A stretch of 64,000 bases of DNA, taken from NCBI GenBank assembly GCA_020536535.1, contig JAHLWZ010000636.1, positions 124,001-188,000 of the forward strand, in the 5' to 3' direction. The notes beneath the pieces were generated by a model, which saw only the letters and a list, made by a program, of their open reading frames with translations, made no database searches and was not told the DNA's origin. The position numbers and the translations under genes are program-made. Shown in pieces: positions 47,320 through 59,592 of the stretch. Position 1 is the stretch's first letter. Every line of letters starts with the position of its first letter. The stretch is from Pelomyxa schiedti. Its lineage: Eukaryota; Protista; Evosea.

Positions 47320-47402
47320 AACAAAACACAAAAAGCAATAATGCCTTTGTCTCACCCTGTTGGAAAGGGAGAAAAAAAACAGAAATTTACCTATGTAATT
47401 GT

Positions 47403-48496
47403 TTACAGTTCTTCCAAATAATTTGTGGGTACAAATCCAACTGAGCCATCACTCTTCTGAATGTACCACCACCCAGTATCCCCACGTTGTTGTATTGTCA
47501 CAATCTCACCTTCACTCACAGCAACCTCGTTCTCATTTGATGTAGTAAAATCATATAGAACTTTGGCAGAGTCAGTGCTGGCACTGGGAGTGGGAGTAGG
47601 AGTGGTAGTAGGTTCACTAGGTTGGGTAACTGGTGGTGTGCTCCTTTCTGGCGACTCTGTTGAGGCTTTTTTTCTCAGTTTTCCAGAAAGTTGGTTGTGA
47701 AACAAACCTCTGTCAACTGGTGTGTGGGCTCCTGAGAGTCTCGGCGGAGGATCGAGGGCCTTTGTTGGGGGTGGCCCTTCATCATCCTGTCTTGAGGAAA
47801 GTACAGAAGAGGGAAATACCAGAAGTTTTGTGCATTAGGTCAGAGAAAGAAACGGAAAACAACATTTCAATACGCAACTGATGGAACCGATGCGGGCTTG
47901 GAAGGCTCGTCATCTTTCTTATGCTTTGGTTCATCATCTGGCTTTCCAGGCTCTTGTAGTTTTGCTCTTTCTGCTTCTTTTTCTTCAATTTGATGCTCGA
48001 TTGCAATAATTTTCCCCTCATATTCATGGAATAGTTTATCAGCCTGGAGAGTGAAAAAGAATAAGAAATAACTGCTATCTGTACAAAAGCAAGCGAATAC
48101 CGCATCACGGTCATTCCGCCTCATTTCATCGAAAACCTTGCATTAAAGGCAATCAATGGTTAGATATCGACTAAGAGGAGGAATACCTTCGGTCCGAATT
48201 CTTTTTTCAGAGCTGCATAGGATAGAGAGTTAGTTCATTGTGTTGACAACATAAAAGAAATTGTGAAGAACTTAAAGAATTCCTTCAGTGTTGGTTAACT
48301 TGAGAGTGTGTTCCATAGAAACGAATGCAACACACAGAGTGCGAAAAATAAAGCGAAAAAGAAAGCAACTGCAACAACATTCAATTTTGGTCCTGAGGCT
48401 GTGAATGTCAGTCCACAACTTGGTGCGCTGTGCACTCCTCATGGTCTTGTTCCCAGTCTCTTGGGTAATGGTCTTGAATTTGGTGAACAGCGACAT
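47403..48496 (-). CDS. Coiled-coil protein with C-terminal SH3 domain, multi-exon
   Basis: AKVLYDFTTSNENEVAVSEGEIVTIQQRGDTGWWYIQKSDGSVGFVPTNYLEEL*. N-terminal helical exons begin MSLFTKFK. Confidence 0.8.
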
Positions 48497-50872
48497 CCCC
48501 CCTTTTTGGCCCTCTTCTCCCAATCAATCGTCAGTGGCTCTTCTCGTTGATTTTTTTATTCCCTTTTTCTTCTGTTCCTTGATCGTCTCTTGATGGGTTT
48601 CCTCTGCTTTTCCCTAGAGAAGACTCCCCATGCGTGTCGAAGACGTGTCCAACGACACATACCATCTTCGGTGCAGTCTGGACCCTGTCCCTTTTCTATT
48701 TCTTCGAACCATCTTTGTGACGATAGGAAAAACGGCAACGGTGGCAAGCGGAAAAAACTTTGGATTTGGAATATTATTGGTGCTACTTGTAGTAGCTACG
48801 ACTGTTACGAAGGTGGAGAGCTTCTGGAAAGTGGAACTTTGTTGTGGAGGGTTGGTGTGGTGAGTGGGATAATTACTGACTTGGGTGGCTTTCATCCGTT
48901 CATGGGTGGGGTTGGGTACAGTAGAGTGTAGTACAGGGTATCACAGTGCATTACAGCCAGTCAGTGTGTGATGTTACTCATCTGCGTTACGTAGCTCACT
49001 CTGTTAGTGCCAGTACGGCAAGGCATTTGTCGTGATCACCAAGGCAGTCCTGAGAGTGGAAGTGAGTGTTGTGTTAACAAGGGTGAGGGTTTTGTACCTC
49101 AGGTTGTGAGGGTTATAACAACAACAAAACTTGTAGTGTACGAAAAACAGGGAAATATACACCAATATCATCCAATCCTCCTCTGACTCTGGGGTTTGGG
49201 TTAGATTTTTCGTGGAGAAGAAAGTTTATTACCTTGGTTCGTAGGTTGGATTATGGGGTGCTACGATTTCAGTGCTGCCCTCACCGTGCCTCGTCTTATT
49301 TTCGTGGCGGTTTTGTTGCATTGTGATGAACTCCGACGGGTTTCGTGTTACATTTCGTGTGGAGGCAAATATTTTTGTGTTCAAGAAACGGTGCTGTTGT
49401 TGGTTATTGCTATTGTTGTTGCACTGGAATGGGGAGCCAAGGTGGCCGTGTGGTAGTGGATGAGTTGAGTGTTGCCTGTGTGTGACTGGAGTTCATGAAG
49501 GTAGATGTGTTCGTGGCAGCGTGATCATCACGACGGCGTTGTTCCGTCCTAGCGCGCACGGTCCCATCATCGAGAGTGACTGGGTCCTGCGAAAGATTCG
49601 AGTTAGCGACACCAACACACGTGGGTGCACAAAAACACGAAGAAAACAACGAAGGGGGGAAAAAACTACACGAGAGATCGGTATGTGTACCTGTTCACGT
49701 GTGCAGCGAGGAGCGATATCGGTGTCGCGTTTCGGCACAGTAGCCGTCGCTCGCGTGCGTGTTACTTTGGTTGGTTTTGGTTTTGGTTTTGGTTTAGTTA
49801 AAATTTTCGGTTTAAATAATCTGGGGGAGGGGATAATTACTGCGAAAAGAAGGCGACGCCGGCCAAAACGGCAACTGTTACAGTTGCTCCGCCCAGTTGG
49901 GCGTACAATTGAATAGACTCTGAGACTTACACTGGCAATCACCGCATACTGGTGGGGCTTCCACTTCCGTAAGACTCGGAGATCAGGCTCCAAGGAAGAC
50001 CGCGGAGTAGATCTTGATCATCAAATAATTCGTCCATCACCGTCAGGTGTCCAAACGACGTTCAAACGGAGCCCGTATGTTACGGTGTGCATGCAGTGCC
50101 ATGGAGACCGCCGCTCTGCTCGCCACACAGTCAATTGTGGGACCGTGCGTGTATTGTCACTACGTGTTGGGGGATAGTTGTGGTATGTGGCTATTGCGTC
50201 GCCTCACACAGCCACTGTCTCGCGATGCCTGGGAATTGTGGGACACGCGCCGTGCTCCCACATCGGCCGGTCGGTGCACCCTTGATTTCACGCCAAACTC
50301 TCTCAACGAGGTTGTCCCATAATTGGGCCGAAGGGTTTTCCGTCGCTCGGGTGGCCATAAGTGTACGTTGTGGCTGACGGGACAAACCCACGGCACAATC
50401 GCCCGTTGTGGTCAGCACAGACGTATATGCCAAGTCCTGTAATGTTGGGAGCGAACGTCACGGTCTTTCGGCGTGGTTTTTTCCGTTTGTACGAGAATTG
50501 AAATACTCGGAAATGCACTGCAAGGACGGAAAATCGGTTTCTCACTGAAGAGAGTGACCGGGCCACAACGCGCAGAACCATTGTTTCTTTTGTGCATGCC
50601 GCATTTCGGCAGAGTGAGACAACGATTTTCCTCCCTCACTGATTTCCTTTCCAGGAAGCTTTCGGCGAACAAGAAAACTCGAAGTGTAGTAGCGTGGGGC
50701 GTGTGACTCTCGGAGCGTTGTGGTTGTTGCACTGCGAGGGGGGGCGGTGTGGTTGCATAAGCGGTCTACACGTCACGTCAAATAAAGTGCGTGGGGGGGC
50801 CTTTGGTGTAAGTGACAGCAGCACCTCTGTCACTGAGAGGGAGGGAAAAAACCACCGCCAGCAAGAGCTGAC

Positions 50873-53800
50873 ATGATGTCGTCGTCCACGTCTGTGTACT
50901 CGTCGTCGTCGGCGGCGGCGGCGTCGGCAGCGAGTGGCGCTGCGCCCGCGTCCTCGTCATCGTCTTCTTCTTCTTCCTCGTCCTCGTCGTCGCTGCCTCC
51001 GCCACCGGCGATGCCGCCGCCGTCTCCTTGGCAGACTCCGTCGTCGCAGCACAGAGGCAGTACTGGCATCCTCCCACAACAACCGCAAAGTCAGCTGCTG
51101 CAGCAACACGGTACTACTAACGTGACTGCTGAAAGTATGTACACACTCTCTCGCTGTCCAACTCCTCTCCCCTTCTTGAGTCTCTCTCCCTCTCCCTCTC
51201 TGTCTCTTTTTTTTTTATTATTTTTTATTTCACCAGATTTGTTTCCAAAAGGTGGTGACTGGGTTCCAAATGAGGCTGCATTGGGCTCTTTGTCTTCCTC
51301 CTCCAAGCACCACCGCTCTGCTTTGATAAAATCGACTACTTCCGCTCCTACACCTCTGATTTCGTCAGCACCTTCATCTTCCTCTCCAGCTCTCTCAAAT
51401 TCACCTTCTTCCCCTGCTCAAGGTAATTCACTTAGAGGGTTGGCCCACAAAAGAATTTCTTCAACCGGTTCACCTGCCGTAATCGCGCCTATACCTCCAA
51501 CACAAATTCCTCTCTATGTGCAGCTCAATTACAGTCCCACATCTATCATAGCCAACATGATTCAGTCAGAACTGTCTCTGTGTGCAGATTTCCGGGCTTG
51601 CCCCAATCAAGTTTGTTTTGGTCTCCTTATATCTTTTTTATTGTGTCTATCTAAAAGGGTATATTCTCAATAGGTCACAGCTATGATAACAGTGATGGAT
51701 CTGATTTGGCTTGCAGATGACAAAGGAAATATAAGTATCTGGCGAGTGACTCAAGATAAAGTACTGTAACTTTCATAAGAATTCCTAAAAAAACCCAGAT
51801 TTCCAAATGTCATGAATTTGTTGCCCACCTTTCAGCAATTACATCACTTGTTATTGTGAAGAGAACCACAGAATCTCCCTCAACGAATTCTGTGTGGAGT
51901 GCATCAACTGACAGTGTGATTAAAATTTGGGATTCTGAGGTAACCCACAGATTTATTTAACCAATGCCAATCAAACATACTCTCAAGACTCATGGTCTTA
52001 TCAAATCAGTGAAAATTCTACCTCATCTCGCAACTTGTCGTTTTAGTCTTGTTGCAAGGGACACCTTTGTGTGGGCCCATTTTCCTGCAGACGTAATGCT
52101 GTGGGATGCTGCAGTATGTGAAAGTGGAGAAGTTTTGATGGATTTTTTGACACCTTTTTCTTGAAGGGTAATCCATATGGCACCTACAGCATACCCCATG
52201 ATGATCCTATTTCTCATGCTGCATTAATTTCACATAGATCAATCTGGCTCACTTCGGGAGGCAATATCACTGTAGTAACCATACCAAAACAAATTGTAAG
52301 ATGTCAGTAGTACAAGGATTATCAGTAACCAATACCACAGTTTGAACAACTTCAGGCAATGCATAGTGGGAACTCTAATCCAAAAACCAGTTGGCACCGA
52401 GGTTCTCTGTATGTACATTATCTAAATCTGCCACGGAGAAAATAACTAATATTTGGCAGGTCTCGAAATATTTCCCCTGATGGAACTCTTCCCGTTAGCT
52501 CAACCAATAACGATTTGAATATTAAATCTTTCTAAATAGCTGGGGGAGGAAGATTTAAGACAGTTCCCAGTTGACGATTCAAATGCCACTGTAACCTGCA
52601 TTAAGTGCGTTGCTGCACGCCATGTGTGGACAGGGGACTCTTGTGGCTTTATTTCTGTTTGGGATGCACGGGTGTGTTTTATCACATGTCACTGCTCACA
52701 ACAAACTGGGCACCATAGTCTTGCGATCTTCTATGGAAAATAGAACCCCCACGGAAAAATATGACAGTCACTGCTTTTGGTGACGGTAGCAGCTTCCGAA
52801 GCCCTCCTTGTGTGTGGAGTGCATATGAAGATGGTCTTGTATGTCTCTGGCACGCTGAGGTTTGTGCTAGGCCTTATTTTTGACCTCTCATCAACTGTTT
52901 CACGTCAGACATACCATTGCCTGACAGAGTACCACATGCGAGCCACTGTCCGGCATTTTGGTGTATGCTACACAACTCCTTCAATGTGGTCATGTGATTG
53001 CGAGAACAATCTTGCTGCATGGTCCTTCATTCCTCATAAATCCAGTTCACACATTGAAAGCATCGAAGGTGGTGGTAAGTTTGTTGGCAGTGTAATTGAA
53101 ATCAATGGAAAGCTTGCTAAACATGGATTGGTATTCCCCTTTCGTTGGAAAACAAAAATCAACTCACTTCCTTGATGTAGGGTGAATTACATCTACGACA
53201 AGGAACCAAAGGCTTGACTTCCTATGCTGGAAGGTGGATTGGTGATAAGGTATCACTGGGAAACTGAAATCAAAGAGCACACCAGGTACTTATAAAACAA
53301 TAGAGGCATGGCTTTGGAGTTGAATCGTCAAATTCAGAGGGCCGATACTATGGCCACTGGAAGGATGATGAGGTTCTAGTGTCTCAGCTTTTCACACAAC
53401 TCACATCACACCAGAAATCAGGTTTTGGTGTTCAGATACACACTGATGGGGTTACGTTTGTTGGATATTTTGCACATGGAAGACCGAAAGGATCAGGAGG
53501 TAGGCTGTCACCTTGGAAAGTCTTACCAACATTTTCTTACCTCAAAGTTATGCACTTTCCAAACGGGGACTTTCTTAATGGAAATTTTGATGGGAATTCA
53601 ATATCAAGTGGAAATTTTGTGAAATGCATCATTCCCATGAGGTTGCCAAAGAATATGAAAAATATCTTACCTTCACCAAGTCATCTGAAAAAACGATCTC
53701 CTCAAGATATGGGAACATTTGATGTTGATCAACACACAATTGAAGGAGAGACCAAGCGAGCACCAAAATGGAGATTTTTGATGCCCATTACCCCTGACGA

Positions 53801-56100
53801 CCGGCAACACGCGTCATTGAATAGCCCTCCAGAAGAAATACTGAAGGTGTTGTCCTTGTAGACCTCATTATTGTTGTTAAAGAAGTCTAGCCAACCAAGC
53901 TTCAAGATTCTATGGCTACCAAATTTGGTGAAACTAAGATCAACAGCAGAATATTTTGCATTTTGTTGAAGTACCCTTCACTCGATTGTTATTGCAAATT
54001 CACTTTCAACAGTGATGCTAACAGTGAATTGGGGAGATGCGTTTATTACTTCAATCACATCTTCACAGTTCTTTATCACGGAACCCCTACAAAGGATCCA
54101 GAAACTCTGTTGGCGGACGCCGTGGATGACATACATACATTTGCAGGTGCCAAATTTTGGAAATGAGTTAAAATACAAGAAATAAACTACAGAACAACTT
54201 GTTCGCACTGCTGAGAGTTTGTATGGTACACAGCCACCTCAGCGAAAATTGGATTGGTTGTATTTTGCAAAGACTATAGTTATAGGAATTGTATATGCGG
54301 ACTTGTTTGCTCTCTATAAAACTACTGTAAGCCACCAATGTTGTCATTGTCATCTTATTCTGTAGTTCAAATCAGTTAGTCAGTTACTCTCTATCAATCT
54401 CAATTCTTTGAGGCTTAAAACGCTTAAAGAACTGGGTGTTAATAAAAAACTGTGGCTTTGGGTAACATCCCCTTACACATTGATACATTAAGAACAATGT
54501 CAGGAAGAGTTAGGACAAGTAAAACCAACCATTGGAGCTCCTGACACCCCCACAATGACTACAATCGATGCAGCAACATCGCACAGTAAACCAAACTTGA
54601 GTGCCCCTCTGCCACCACCTGACACAATCATCGACTTTCAACCACCGCCACCACCCTGGCCAATTCCATGCCTTACACCATCACCAACTCCTTCCGATTT
54701 TCATGAGCCTGAGGGCGAGCATAGCACACAACCGGCAGTCATTGCGGTAAAATCCATCCCTCCCGTACCAAGTTGCCCACCACCGCCTCCCCCCGTAGTT
54801 CCTCCTCACACAACGTCACCTATGCAAACCAATCTCGTAGCGGTTCCTGTTAGCAACCATCCACTTCAAGTTGGAGAACCTAACCCACCTGCATCAATAT
54901 CGCCGCCTTTACCACAACCACATGCACTATATCCTCAAGCCCTTGTGAAGCCTCCTGCGTCACCACAACTCCCTTCACCATCTCAGCTGCCACACTTTCC
55001 ACATACGCAAATTCAACCTACGTCTGAGACTAAACTCAAACAATGGACCCCATCAATCAAGCACCAACCATCAACGGCGATTTCGCAATCCTCCCAATCG
55101 CCTCTTCTTCCTCTTCCAGCACCAGAGGAGACAGTAGTCCAGCCTGAGCCGGACGGTTTTCCTTTTTTTAAGCTATCGAAACCATTCACCTTTTCACAGA
55201 TTGTAAATTCTTACCATACCATTGTGCAATAAAGCAAACAAATGAGCTTGTTCACTGCTCATCAATACAACGCATACTTGAGTGTATCAAGGGGATTGCT
55301 ACAGCTATACTCGATGATATCAATCAGTATTACAGACGGACACAACCAAAGTCACCGGCTCAAATTGACCTGTAAATTTCAATGCTCTTACTTCCCCAAA
55401 GCTAAATCTAACTAGTGGCTGCGATGACATGGTGTCCATTCTTACCTATGTTCTCATAAAGGCCAATGTACCCGATCTCCCTGCCAAGCTCGCTTTTGTA
55501 AACGAGTTTGCTGATAGAGATTTACTTGCTGAAGAATCCAAGTTTAGGTTTTTTTCCTTGGGGTTTTCCCCCCTCCTCACGACATTAGAGTAATACAACT
55601 TGAGCAAGCAATGAAGTATAATCAGGGCCTGCAATGGGAAGTGAAAGATGAAAATGGAGTTGTTGTTCCTCTTCAAGGTGTGCAACGAGTGTATTTTTCC
55701 ATTAAAAATAATATGAACCTCCAGTGATTGAAAGGAAACTGTTGGAGACTATGCGAACAGAAAATATGGCATTTCAGAGTATGAACAAGCAGTCACCTGT
55801 AACACACTGGCTTAGTGAACTACTTCTTCTTTGCGGGACTGTCCCCTACGAAATCTTGGTTGTTGGAGGTACGCTAGCTATCCCTGGGTAGAAAACACAC
55901 TAAACCAAACCCACCAGAGAAATTGGCCAGACCGCCGTTGCGAGTGCCTTACAGAGGGCCAAACATAAGGTGTTTGTCTCTACTTAAGGAACCCACGTAA
56001 GTTACCAGTCCCATACAACCCTCCTTAAACAACAAACAAACCCAGTCAATTAGCATTTACTTTGTGACAAGGTACTTCCAACTAGCAGAAAGGATATTGA
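50873..56100 (+). CDS. WD40-like propeller + MORN repeats + Pro-rich linker + VPS9 domain (alsin-like Rab5 GEF), multi-exon; 3' end approximate
   Basis: LWSASTDSVIKIWD, VWSGGSDGSFRSP-type repeats, MORN YAGRW, RHGFGVE...YYGHWKDD, KSGFGVQIHTDGVTFVGYF, and VPS9 GCDDMVSILTYVLIKANVPDL...FVNEF. Confidence 0.8.
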
Positions 56101-56289
56101 GCAGCGTGGGCATCACCTTGCACCAGCATGATGATGACTACTTCTTAATGACCTTTCTTACTACCTTCTCTGCACATGTATACATTCACCTCTCAAAGCA
56201 AGTTGACCTTCAGTCAGCACTGTAACCCTCCCCTATATACTCCTGTTGTTTTTAGTAATTTTTTTTTGAAATCCAATCCACACATTGTT

Positions 56290-57742
56290 TCACAGTAGTC
56301 CATGATCAGCTCTTCTTCGTTTTTGAGTCTCCAGGTCAGACACGCGTTTGGCTTTTTCGGGTGATGCCTCCCACTGACCAAGCCGGTCTTGGAGGTCATG
56401 GTCATAGAGAAAAGTGCCGTCAAGTTGATTGCCAAGAGTAAGCCATCCCGGCCGCACGTTGTGCTGCCTGCCAAATAGCTCCACTTTCCGGGTGTTGGGT
56501 GACAGCCGTTCAATCATATCATAGAGCTCGTCGGGCTTTCTGCTTGTTTCTCGGACTTCAGAGACAATTACGTCACAGTCAATGCAGGTATTGGCACTTG
56601 GGAAGCCTTTGACAGCGACAAGGCAATGTTCTTTCGAGTGGTTAAGCCAGTGCCCTGTCCTTCCAGTGCGGATAATGCGCTGGAGTTGATTTGTCTTTAT
56701 CCAAACAATCTCTTGTACAATTCTGTATCTGTTATGCATTAGATTACAGCAGATATTGCAGCTGAATACCCCCAGTGTTGAATGCATTCTCTCCCCTTCT
56801 CCATTGCTCTGCCAGTTACCCACAAAAACATATAGCCGTCATCCTGCAAGCACTGAATGTTTAAGAGTTGAATTTCATCATCATTAAGTGTACCATATGT
56901 CAACTAAAACGAGGTTTAGATTTAAGTATCAGAAAGAGGTTGTCAACTTCCATGTGTATATCCCATGGGGGATCGATCATGACTATGGAGTATTTTCCTA
57001 GAATTGACAAGTCTAAAAGCCTGATGTCACACTGTATCCACTGTCCATGTGTAACAGACTTGGTAGTGTGATTTGATGCTTCGTTGGAGGATTCCTTTTG
57101 TACGGTGGTGGTCCCTAACGGGGATTTGTATGAAGAACGGTCAATCTCATAATGCACATATTGGCACGTGTCCATTCGTCTGCATGTGTCCAAGTACGAG
57201 CAATCACCAAGACTTAAATCGGTGTGTGGCTTTATGATTCTCCTGAAGTGCACCTACAGTAGACTGAGCATTTGAGGTGAATGAAATCAGTTTTAGGTCT
57301 GTTGCAGCCACCTTTTGGCAGGTCGTAGAGTGCCGTTTTTCTATACAGTCGTCACGTGTACCGTACTCACAGAATTCAGCAAATGTGTCAACTTTGGATT
57401 TGAACTACGCCATTTGAATGAGGGGTTCTCGACAAAGTGGAAAGAAATGTCATTGTACATGGCCTGTACCTTCTCAACTAGAGTCTTCTCCCGAACTGAG
57501 GGCTTAGATAGTAACTCCTCCATCTCCGTTCCAAGCTTTTGTTGTAGCGATTCGTTGTAACTTGGCTTCTCCAGCAATTCCATGAGATGAGTCAACTCGG
57601 CTGCACCTTTGACAGATGAAGACGATGACGATGACGATGACGATGACGACGAAGAAACCGACGCCGAAGAAGTGTGTGTGGTGCTTGTCTTCGTCCTTTT
57701 CGCGGCCGGTTGTCGCTGATCCGCACCGTTACGTGCCGACAT
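56290..57742 (-). CDS. METTL3: mRNA N6-adenosine methyltransferase catalytic subunit (MT-A70 family)
   Basis: [31 protein letters not shown]...DPPWDIHME|[14 protein letters not shown], and [29 protein letters not shown]. Confidence 0.97.
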
Positions 57743-57895
57743 GTGTTACTTCGCGTTCTGTTTTATTGGCAATCCGATAATTACGTTTATGAGAACAACG
57801 ATCGGTAGGGCAGTGATGCCAAAACAAGGTAAAAACAACAACACTAAAGTTGTCATTTTAAAAAGCAACGGGGATAGTGTGTTGTCCCGTGCCCG

Positions 57896-59359
57896 TCAAT
57901 CATTATAATGGGTGTGGCTTGGATCTTGGTACATCTGATCTTGGTCTTGGTCCTTCTCTTGCTCCTGGTCTTGATCTTCTTGATCTTCATCTTGACTGGT
58001 GACTTCGGCATTCCGGGCATACTCTTCCTTCAGTGCCGAAAAATACCGCTCCAGATTGGTGACACTTGTTTCATACATGTCTCTCAGCTAAATGCGTGGC
58101 AATCATAAATTAGAGGTCACTAGTACAAAATGATATTACCTCCGCATATTGCTTCAGTAACCGTCTGTAGGGCTTGGATCTCTTCACTGCTGTATCCCTG
58201 AGGATCATGTTAGAACAATGAAGGTGACACGATTTCAACTTACCTTGCAAATATTTGTTCATAATACTGAATCGTAGAGGCACTAAAAGCATCATCCTCC
58301 TTCTGCTTGTATTCCCACTCATCCGAGTCATCATCTTCAAATTCATTTGGTGGTGCATCAGCAGGGCACGGAATTGCTCCTGGAGTTGGCTGAGCGGCAT
58401 CATATTGAGGCTTCTGGGTAACAAGGTTATCGGGTTGGTCTTGCTTGGGCATATTTTCTCCTGGCTGAACAGACTGGGTAGGTCCTTGGTACTTCCGGAT
58501 CTCCGTCTAATCCAAAGAGTAAGTTTTTTGTAGCAAGATATAGATCAAAGAAAAACCGCACAAGGGGCTTTGAAGGGTCCCAATAAACCTAGCGGAGTTG
58601 TTAACAGGTATACAACCTTTATGTTTGAATACTTACTACATAAATTGGCATAGGAGGCTCTTCATCCGAAAGCTCCGAGGAGCCGGCATCAGTGGCCTGG
58701 AAAGGTGATGTCTCCAACGCCGGGTTTTCTCCAGCAGTCATTAAAACGTTAGGAACAGTTGACTTGGCTTCTACAGGGAACATCATTGGAGATGAAGACA
58801 CAAATTTGGGCTTCAGCGTGGCTTCGCTCAAACCGGGCAGCTCCTTTGAATTTTTGCTCCCACTGGCACCAGGAACGAGAGACCCTCCCGCTTGCAAAGG
58901 CCCACATGGTTCCACCATCTCCGGCGCGAGAGCAGCAACCGAGACTTGCTTTTGTGGCTCCTTCCCCAGCCGCGACATCATCGCCATCCTCCTCACGCCG
59001 TGCAGATTTTCTCCCCCGGCTCTTGCGTCCTCTGGGGCCTGACATTGGCTCACGTGCACTTGGCGTCCAACATCAATGCCATCGCCATCGCCGTCACCAC
59101 CCTCAACTTGCTGACGACGTTGTGTATTCACACCACCACGAGGATAGTGGTCGCTGAACTGTCTATGTCTATGCAGCTCTTGTTGTTGACGATTACGCCG
59201 CTGTTGCTGTTGCTGTTGGCGTTGGCGCGACCGTTGCTGGGCCTCTGACTTCCTCTCTGAGACCAATAGCCACCACCCGTAACTGCACACGTAGGCAACT
59301 ATGAAGGAGGGTATCACCACCTCCACGAACACGGCCGTGATCCAGGGAGGTACCGCCAT
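57896..59359 (-). CDS. Hypothetical protein with N-terminal transmembrane anchor and acidic/Gln-rich regions, multi-exon
   Basis: MAVPPWITAVFVEVVIPSFIVAYVCSYGWWLL, then PIYV|VYWDPSKPL|TEIRKYQ..., ending in exon ORF 57896-58078. Confidence 0.55.
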
Positions 59360-59592
59360 CAAGACGACCAACCTCACTTATCCACGCCGCTAGTAGGTGT
59401 GCCTTTGCTTTGTGGGACGGGAAAAAAAAAATTTTGCTCGTAGGCAATGGGCACACAACGAAAAAGAAAGAAAGAAAAAAAGAAAAAAAAGGGGCTCTTT
59501 GCCCATCATCCCATGTTTCGCGTAATGATGCGAGATCGGGTTTTTTTTAAAGGGGGATACTTCAGTCGGTCTCCATAGACTGGTCCCATAGG

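Noticed and set aside
48556-49993. Short ORFs and possible GT-AG mini-exons on the minus strand
   Set aside because: I could not build a consistent start-to-stop model or recognise any domain; left unannotated.
28925-57742. Two RNA methyltransferases (m3C and m6A) in one window
   Set aside because: They are 26 kb apart, both are universal housekeeping genes, and there is no sign of functional clustering.
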